Made by a program: the position numbers and the translations under genes | Notes under the pieces: model-generated | Told to the model about the DNA's origin: nothing | The model's database searches: none | The model's input: the letters and a program-made list of their open reading frames with translations, nothing else | Shown here: positions 59,001-64,000 of the stretch, one piece after another | Position numbering within the stretch: position 1 is the first letter of the stretch | Layout: the number at the start of each line of letters is the position of its first letter | DNA from: Spirochaetota bacterium | GTDB taxonomy: Bacteria > Spirochaetota > UBA4802 > UBA5550 | NCBI GenBank assembly: GCA_963663865.1 | Contig: OY760686.1 | Location: 3,008,001 to 3,072,000 of the forward strand | Reading direction: 5' to 3' | Length of the DNA: 64,000 nucleotides

Positions 59001-60573
59001 CCACGACATTTACTCAATTGAGGATCTGGCCCAGCTCATCTTCGACCTTAAAAACGCCAATCCCAATGCCCGAATCAGCGTAAAGCTTGTTTCCGAAACC
59101 GGAGTTGGTACAGTTGCAGCAGGTGTAGCAAAAGCTCACGCAGACAACATTCTTATAAGCGGATACGATGGAGGAACAGGCGCAAGCCCTATCAGCTCTA
59201 TCAAGCATGCCGGTCTTCCCTGGGAACTCGGCCTTTCAGAGACACATCAAACCCTTGTCCTCAACGATCTTCGGGGAAGGGTCAGGCTTCAGACAGACGG
59301 TCAGCTTAAAAACGGAAGAGACATTGTAATTGCCGGCATGCTCGGTGCAGAGGAGTTCGGCTTTGGCACAGCGACTCTTATAGTCATGGGCTGCATAATG
59401 ATGAGAAAGTGCCATCTTAACACCTGCCCTGTCGGAGTAGCTACACAGGATCCATTGCTTCGAAGCCGCTTCAAAGGCCGTCCTGAGCATTTGATAAACT
59501 ACTTCAAGTTTATCGTACGCGAAGTCAGGGAAATTATGGCCAGTCTTGGAATCAAAAAGTTCAATGACCTTATCGGACGCTCTGATCTTTTAGTACAGAG
59601 TGGAAGCGGCCACTGGAAGGCTGACACAGTAGACCTCAGCAAGATTCTTTACAGACCCGCTGAAGCTGACAAACACAGTGTTTACTGCGTTCAGAAACAG
59701 ATTCACAAACTCGATGGTGTGCTTGATAAAAAGATTATTTCCAAGGTCAAACCGGCCATTGAAGAGAAAAAGGACTTCAATGTGTACATCGAAATGCCAA
59801 TTTCCAACACCGACCGAGCCGTCGGCGCCATGGTTTCCAATCTGGTTTCTCGTCATTATGGCGAAAATGGACTGCCGGACAATACCATTCAGTGCGTATT
59901 CAGAGGAAGCGCCGGTCAGAGTTTCGGCGCATTCCTTGCCAGAGGAATCACTATGAGACTTGAAGGCGATTCAAACGATTACCTCGGCAAGGGTCTCTCC
60001 GGCGGAAGAATCATAGTTGTGCCCCCGTCCGGATCAGCTTTTAAGGCGGAAGACAATATTATTATCGGAAACACGGTTCTTTACGGAGCCACGGGCGGAG
60101 AAGCCTATATAAGAGGCATTGCCGGAGAGAGATTCTGCGTCAGAAACAGCGGAGCCCTTGCCGTCGTAGAAGGAAGCGGAGACCACTGCGCCGAGTACAT
60201 GACAGGGGGACGCATTGTTGTTCTTGGAAGAGTCGGTAGAAACTTCGCAGCGGGAATGAGCGGCGGCATAGCTTACGTTCTTGATGAAAACGGTGACTTT
60301 GAATACTTCTGCAACAGAGGCATGGTTGAACTTTCACCGGTACAGGACTTTGAGGACCAGGACTTCCTGGTTGAGATGCTTAAAAAGCATATTGAACACA
60401 CAAATAGTACGAAAGCAAAAAACATTGTAAACAAGTGGTACGAGTACCTTCCCAAATTTGTAAAAGTAATTCCGGTTGAGTACAAACGTGCGCTAAACGA
60501 GCTCAAAATGGAGCAGATCGACAGAAAGCTTCATGAGATCAGACAGGAAGAAGATTTGGAGGATATATACTGA
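56029..60573 (+). CDS. gltB: Glutamate synthase large subunit
   Basis: EHDSCGVGF (N-terminal Cys), HSRFSTNT, MEPWDGP, QGAKPGEGGQL, CIMMRKCHLNTC and GXGXG repeats. Confidence 0.97.
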   Translation: MKNNPENQGLYKREFEHDSCGVGFVAHIKGDKSHDIVRRGIEILERMEHRGAEGADNKTGDGSGIMIQIPHEFYSSEVSGLGNPGEYSAGLVFLPTDKEAADSCIKIFEKSAAEEGLKVIAWRDVPVDNTEIGTIAKKSEPGIKQVFLTSSKKIKQNELELKSFILRKSTAKLILESKIQGSSDFYIPSLSTKTIVYKGMLTPGQVKLFYPELQNKKLTSAIALVHSRFSTNTFPSWDLAQPFRIVAHNGEINTVKGNRFWMKAREPYLSSPVFGENLSKILPIIEPGKSDSASFDNALEFLVATGRSLPHALMMMIPESWNDKNPIPEDLKYFYEYHSTFMEPWDGPASMVFCDGRFIGGTLDRNGLRPSRFIITKDDIIVMASEVGVQDFPAAQIAQKGRLLPGKLLLVDTQEGRIIPDEEIKKCTANSKPYKEWVENNRVVISDIKSRGTSYEDLSNEKVHELQLIHGYIREDINTHIHTMATTGQEPVGSMGTDTPIAVFSDKPQPLFNYFKQNFAQVTNPAIDPIREDLVMTLTSYIGPEKNLLSETPEHCRMIKYFSPIFTDNELSIFRNSTNPDIKSGVIDILFKVDGGEDALEKAMDRICAEAEAMASKGINYIILSDRHTDAEHAPVPSLLAVAGVHHHLIRTGKRKSASLLLESGEPREIMHYALLFSYGAGAVNPYGVFASIKTMQNQGLIADEKEYSSLEENYIRSVNKGLMKIMSKMGTSTLRSYRGSQIVEAIGLSEKLVNLYFTGTESRIGGIDMRDIAKETLERHRKAYFQRPPLLESDGVYAYRKGGEKHAWSPEAIHMLQWAARTNDYQKYKQFSELVNRHNRKPNVIRGLLDFKKGTPIPIDEVEPEEEILKRLTTGAMSYGSISKDAHEAIAVAMNAIGGRSNSGEGGEDPIRFIRREDGTLARSAIKQVASGRFGVTSNYLTNADEIQIKIAQGAKPGEGGQLPGHKVDKIIAKTRFSTQGVTLISPPPHHDIYSIEDLAQLIFDLKNANPNARISVKLVSETGVGTVAAGVAKAHADNILISGYDGGTGASPISSIKHAGLPWELGLSETHQTLVLNDLRGRVRLQTDGQLKNGRDIVIAGMLGAEEFGFGTATLIVMGCIMMRKCHLNTCPVGVATQDPLLRSRFKGRPEHLINYFKFIVREVREIMASLGIKKFNDLIGRSDLLVQSGSGHWKADTVDLSKILYRPAEADKHSVYCVQKQIHKLDGVLDKKIISKVKPAIEEKKDFNVYIEMPISNTDRAVGAMVSNLVSRHYGENGLPDNTIQCVFRGSAGQSFGAFLARGITMRLEGDSNDYLGKGLSGGRIIVVPPSGSAFKAEDNIIIGNTVLYGATGGEAYIRGIAGERFCVRNSGALAVVEGSGDHCAEYMTGGRIVVLGRVGRNFAAGMSGGIAYVLDENGDFEYFCNRGMVELSPVQDFEDQDFLVEMLKKHIEHTNSTKAKNIVNKWYEYLPKFVKVIPVEYKRALNELKMEQIDRKLHEIRQEEDLEDIY

Positions 60574-61994
60574 TGGGAGATCCTAAAGGTTTTTTAAAGG
60601 TTAAACGTGTTGAGTCTGGATACCGCCCGGTAGAGATTCGAATACATGACTACAGAGAAGTTGAAATGCAGCTCAGAGAGGAAGACCGCAAACTGCAAGC
60701 ATCGCGATGCATGGATTGCGGCGTACCCTTCTGCCACTGGGCATGCCCCGTGTCAAATATTATGCCTGAATGGCAGGACATGATATACAAAGGCAGATGG
60801 GCGGACGCTCATCAAATACTTCAATCTACAAATAATTTTCCGGAGTTCACTGGCCGTGTTTGCCCGGCTCCTTGCGAAGCCTCATGCGTTCTATCAATAA
60901 ACGACGACCCGGTAACAATTCGACAGAACGAACTCGCCGTTATTGAGAAAGCTTTTGCTCAAGACTGCGTAAGACCAATGCCTCCTAAAAGCCGGACCGG
61001 AAAGAAAGTTGCGGTCATCGGCGGAGGACCTTCAGGGCTTGCCTGCGCGGATCTGCTGAACAAAGCCGGTCATAGAGTAACGCTCTATGAAGCTGAAGAC
61101 AGCGTCGGAGGCTATCTACGATTTGGCATTCCCGACTTCAAACTCGACAAGAAGATTATTGACAGAAGGATAAACCTTCTCGCTGAAGAAGGTGTGAACT
61201 TTGTTACCGGAACAATCATTGGAAAAGATATTTCCACAGATGAGATCAGAAAAAACAACGACGCGATATGCATCACTATCGGAGCAAGAAAGGCACGTGA
61301 CCTCACCATAAAGGGCCGCGAGCATAAAGGTATTCATTTTGCTATGGAGTATCTTTCTCAGCAAAATCATATTGTCAGAGGAGACAGCATACCAGAAGAC
61401 AAACTGATTAATGCCTACAATAAAAATGTTATTGTTATTGGAGGGGGAGATACCGGCTCCGACTGTGTCGGCACAGCAAACAGACAGGGCGCTAAATCCA
61501 TAACTCAGATTGAACTGCTTCCTAAACCTCCACGTGAAAGAACTGAATCCGAGCCATGGCCGATTTGGCCTAAGCTCCTCAAAACTTCCAGTTCCCATGA
61601 AGAGGGCTGTGAACGGATGTGGAATGTAATGACGAAGGAATGCTTTGGAGAGAATGGCCAGATCAAAAAGATATCTGCTGTTAAAGTTGACTGGGCCAAA
61701 GACTCTGATGGAAACTGGAAGATGTCCGAGATTCCAGGTTCTTTATTTGAGCTTCAGGCAGATCTTATATTTCTCGCGATGGGATTTGAGCATGTTGTTC
61801 ACGATGGGATTGTCAACGATTTAGGTATCAAGCTCGATGGACGCGGGAATATCCTCATCGACAACGACAGCATGACAAGCGTTAAAGGTGTTTTCGCTGC
61901 AGGAGATTCTGCTCGAGGAGCTTCCCTTGTCGTCTGGGCAATCCACGACGGGAGAAAAGCAGCTGAAGCTATTGACAAATATCTCTCTAATTAG
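60573..61994 (+). CDS. gltD: Glutamate synthase small subunit
   Basis: RCMDCGVPFCHWACP, NNFPEFTGRVCPAPCE and GGGDTGSDC. Overlaps the gltB stop. Confidence 0.95.
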   Translation: MGDPKGFLKVKRVESGYRPVEIRIHDYREVEMQLREEDRKLQASRCMDCGVPFCHWACPVSNIMPEWQDMIYKGRWADAHQILQSTNNFPEFTGRVCPAPCEASCVLSINDDPVTIRQNELAVIEKAFAQDCVRPMPPKSRTGKKVAVIGGGPSGLACADLLNKAGHRVTLYEAEDSVGGYLRFGIPDFKLDKKIIDRRINLLAEEGVNFVTGTIIGKDISTDEIRKNNDAICITIGARKARDLTIKGREHKGIHFAMEYLSQQNHIVRGDSIPEDKLINAYNKNVIVIGGGDTGSDCVGTANRQGAKSITQIELLPKPPRERTESEPWPIWPKLLKTSSSHEEGCERMWNVMTKECFGENGQIKKISAVKVDWAKDSDGNWKMSEIPGSLFELQADLIFLAMGFEHVVHDGIVNDLGIKLDGRGNILIDNDSMTSVKGVFAAGDSARGASLVVWAIHDGRKAAEAIDKYLSN

Positions 61995-62080
61995 TATATT
62001 TCCGCGGGTGTAGCTGTTTATGCCCGCGGTATTTCCTCTCGCTCAGGGTAAGCGCACATATTTTTTATTGAAGGGCGCTT

Positions 62081-62716
62081 ATGTTCGACATCAGTGAGTA
62101 TTATGAAACCAGGCCGGTTCAGCCAGGATTGTATCAGGGAATCGACGATATAGAGACAGAAATAAGCTATACCATTGATTCAATCCTTTCAAATCGCTAT
62201 ACCGGGTTGTACACATCCGACAGGTTTAAGACGACTGACGGTTCATTGAATATCTACTACCCTGTTAAAAAATATCCACTCCGTAATTCAGTGTTGATGA
62301 CGCCTGACCGTCTCCGGTTTCTTCTTTCTGTATACCCTTACAGGGAGCCTCTCAGCTCCGTGAACTCAATCATAATTATCCCCAGATATATCGAAACTTC
62401 TTCTATTGAGCTCATGGCAATGTACATACCCGAAAAAAAGGCCCTTGCTCTCTATCTTCACCACAATTACTCACTGAAAGTGAATACTGCCGACGACGTT
62501 CAGTTAAGTACAAATATAAAACCTGAATCAAGCTCGCTCTTCTTCAAATCCGGTGCTCCAGATTTTGCGCCGCTGCTCTGGAGGATTTTAGCATCAATAG
62601 ACAGTTCACCATCCGGACATTCTCAAAAATTTTTTTTGAAAAAATCTCACTTTCCGGACACGGAATACAGTATTTTGAATGACATTTCTTTTTATTACTC
62701 CAGTTATGGGTACTGA
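62081..62716 (+). CDS. Hypothetical protein
   Basis: 211-codon ORF with a GAAGGG RBS, translationally coupled (TGATG) to the next gene. Confidence 0.7.
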   Translation: MFDISEYYETRPVQPGLYQGIDDIETEISYTIDSILSNRYTGLYTSDRFKTTDGSLNIYYPVKKYPLRNSVLMTPDRLRFLLSVYPYREPLSSVNSIIIIPRYIETSSIELMAMYIPEKKALALYLHHNYSLKVNTADDVQLSTNIKPESSSLFFKSGAPDFAPLLWRILASIDSSPSGHSQKFFLKKSHFPDTEYSILNDISFYYSSYGY

Positions 62717-63510
62717 TGACACTTGTAAACTATCACAATCATACGCCTTTATGCGGCCACGCTTGCGGTACTCCGGAAGATTATATTGAGGTGGCCATTG
62801 CCTCCGGAATTTCTGAAATAGGCTTTTCCGATCATGCACCTATCCCTGAACCTATTCGGGAAAACATAACTATGTCTCCTGAGCAGACTGAGGACTATAT
62901 AAAAGAAATTCTTAGTTTAAAATCTAAGTATAAAGGAATTATCAAAGTTCGGGTTGGTTTTGAAGTTGATTATCCCCTGTTTGAAACCTTTGACCGCAGT
63001 TATCTTTCAGATTCAAGAATAGACTATATTATCGGATCCTGTCATTTTCTTGATGACTGGGCATTTGACAATCCGGAATATAAATCAGAATTTAACCGCA
63101 GAGACATAGACCTGGTTTATAAAGATTACTACGAATGCATGGCCATGCTGGCTTCGTCAGGGATATTTGACATTGTCGGACACTTCGATCTTGTAAAAAA
63201 ATTCGGCCACAGGTCAAAGAAGAGCTTCGAGTCCCAAATCGAACAAATAGCCCGGATAATGTCACAAAACGGCATCGCGGCGGAACTCAATACGGCTGGA
63301 CTGCTTAAACCGGTAAATGAGATTTACCCATCTGAAGATATCCTCCGTATATTTTACAGAATGAATGTTCCAGTGACACTTGGAGCAGACGCGCACTCTC
63401 CGGAAAATGCGGCGTACTATCTCAAGGAAGCTGCGGAATTACTGAAAAAGATCGGATACCGCAAAATATCAGGATTTGAATCGAGAAAGCGATATGAGCT
63501 CGACCTCTAA
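62716..63510 (+). CDS. hisJ: Histidinol-phosphatase, PHP family (HisJ/HisK)
   Basis: YHNHTPLCGHA, GFSDHAP, GFEVDY, DYIIGSCH, GHFDLVK and LGADAHSP. Confidence 0.88.
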   Translation: MTLVNYHNHTPLCGHACGTPEDYIEVAIASGISEIGFSDHAPIPEPIRENITMSPEQTEDYIKEILSLKSKYKGIIKVRVGFEVDYPLFETFDRSYLSDSRIDYIIGSCHFLDDWAFDNPEYKSEFNRRDIDLVYKDYYECMAMLASSGIFDIVGHFDLVKKFGHRSKKSFESQIEQIARIMSQNGIAAELNTAGLLKPVNEIYPSEDILRIFYRMNVPVTLGADAHSPENAAYYLKEAAELLKKIGYRKISGFESRKRYELDL

Positions 63511-64000
63511 TAATCCCGGATTATCAAATGGCAGCGGCTTCGCTCTGGTTTCTGAACTTTCTGCCTTCTTCCCCGGGCTTATAGCCGGGGTTGCCGCTAA
63601 AGACGCCAACAGTATTAACTACGAAAATGATTTCGACACGATACGCCGACACGAGATAGAGGCAATATCGGCTTACACTGCTTGTAACCCAAAAAACATC
63701 ATTTTTCTGGATCAGGTACACAGCGACAACATTCTTACGGTTGACCGTTATCCGGAGATTGTCTGTAAAATTCACGGACAGGCCGATGCCGTAATAACCC
63801 GGCTGCCTGACATCTGCCCGGTCATACGAACAGCCGACTGCGTACCAGTAATAATCCACGACCCTGTAAAAAATGTCCTGGCAGCGGTCCACTCGGGCTG
63901 GAGAAGCACCGAACTCAATATCACAGGAAAAACAATCGAGACAATGCAAAAACACCACGGTTCCAGACCGGCTGACCTCTATGCGGCTGTTTTGCCTTCA
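63494..64000 (+). CDS. pgeF: Partial PgeF/YfiH purine nucleoside phosphorylase (runs off the right edge)
   Basis: Hand translation from ATG 63494: ...LDQVHSDNI...QADAVIT...VIRTADCVPVIIHDPVKNVLAAVHSGWRS... Not in the ORF track. Confidence 0.9.
   Translation, partial: MSSTSNNPGLSNGSGFALVSELSAFFPGLIAGVAAKDANSINYENDFDTIRRHEIEAISAYTACNPKNIIFLDQVHSDNILTVDRYPEIVCKIHGQADAVITRLPDICPVIRTADCVPVIIHDPVKNVLAAVHSGWRSTELNITGKTIETMQKHHGSRPADLYAAVLPS

Noticed and set aside
63524-63958. 144-aa minus-strand ORF from the track
   Set aside because: It is the antisense shadow of pgeF on the plus strand.

Overview
A 64-kb chromosomal segment from an anaerobic bacterium, most likely a free-living spirochaete. That assignment is an inference from Leptospira-like Lsa36- and OmpL47-type surface proteins, spirochaete-style lipoproteins and a membrane-anchored AraC. 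The left end (1-9 kb) is accessory: a complete IS3-family element (384-1643), a 4 x 42-bp tandem array ending in a GTAG-type REP hairpin, several orphan lipoproteins, a structured intergenic RNA candidate and an AraC/beta-propeller fusion. The rest is mostly housekeeping and regulation: TrmB-ilvE, clpB, clpS-clpA-aat, ktrBA, two-component genes, class III ribonucleotide reductase, nfnAB, a dapB-like gene, TolC/RND, ferredoxin-hcp-hcpR, gltBD, a PHP histidinol phosphatase and pgeF (partial). The most notable observation is a split anaerobic ribonucleotide reductase. NrdD stops just after its metal-binding site and lacks the glycyl-radical loop. The missing YSRVVGYFRP domain is encoded by a separate 58-codon gene with its own RBS (35180-35356, below the ORF-track cutoff) between nrdD and nrdG. 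No rRNA, tRNA or CRISPR array was seen. All family calls come from motif recognition by eye, not from database searches.
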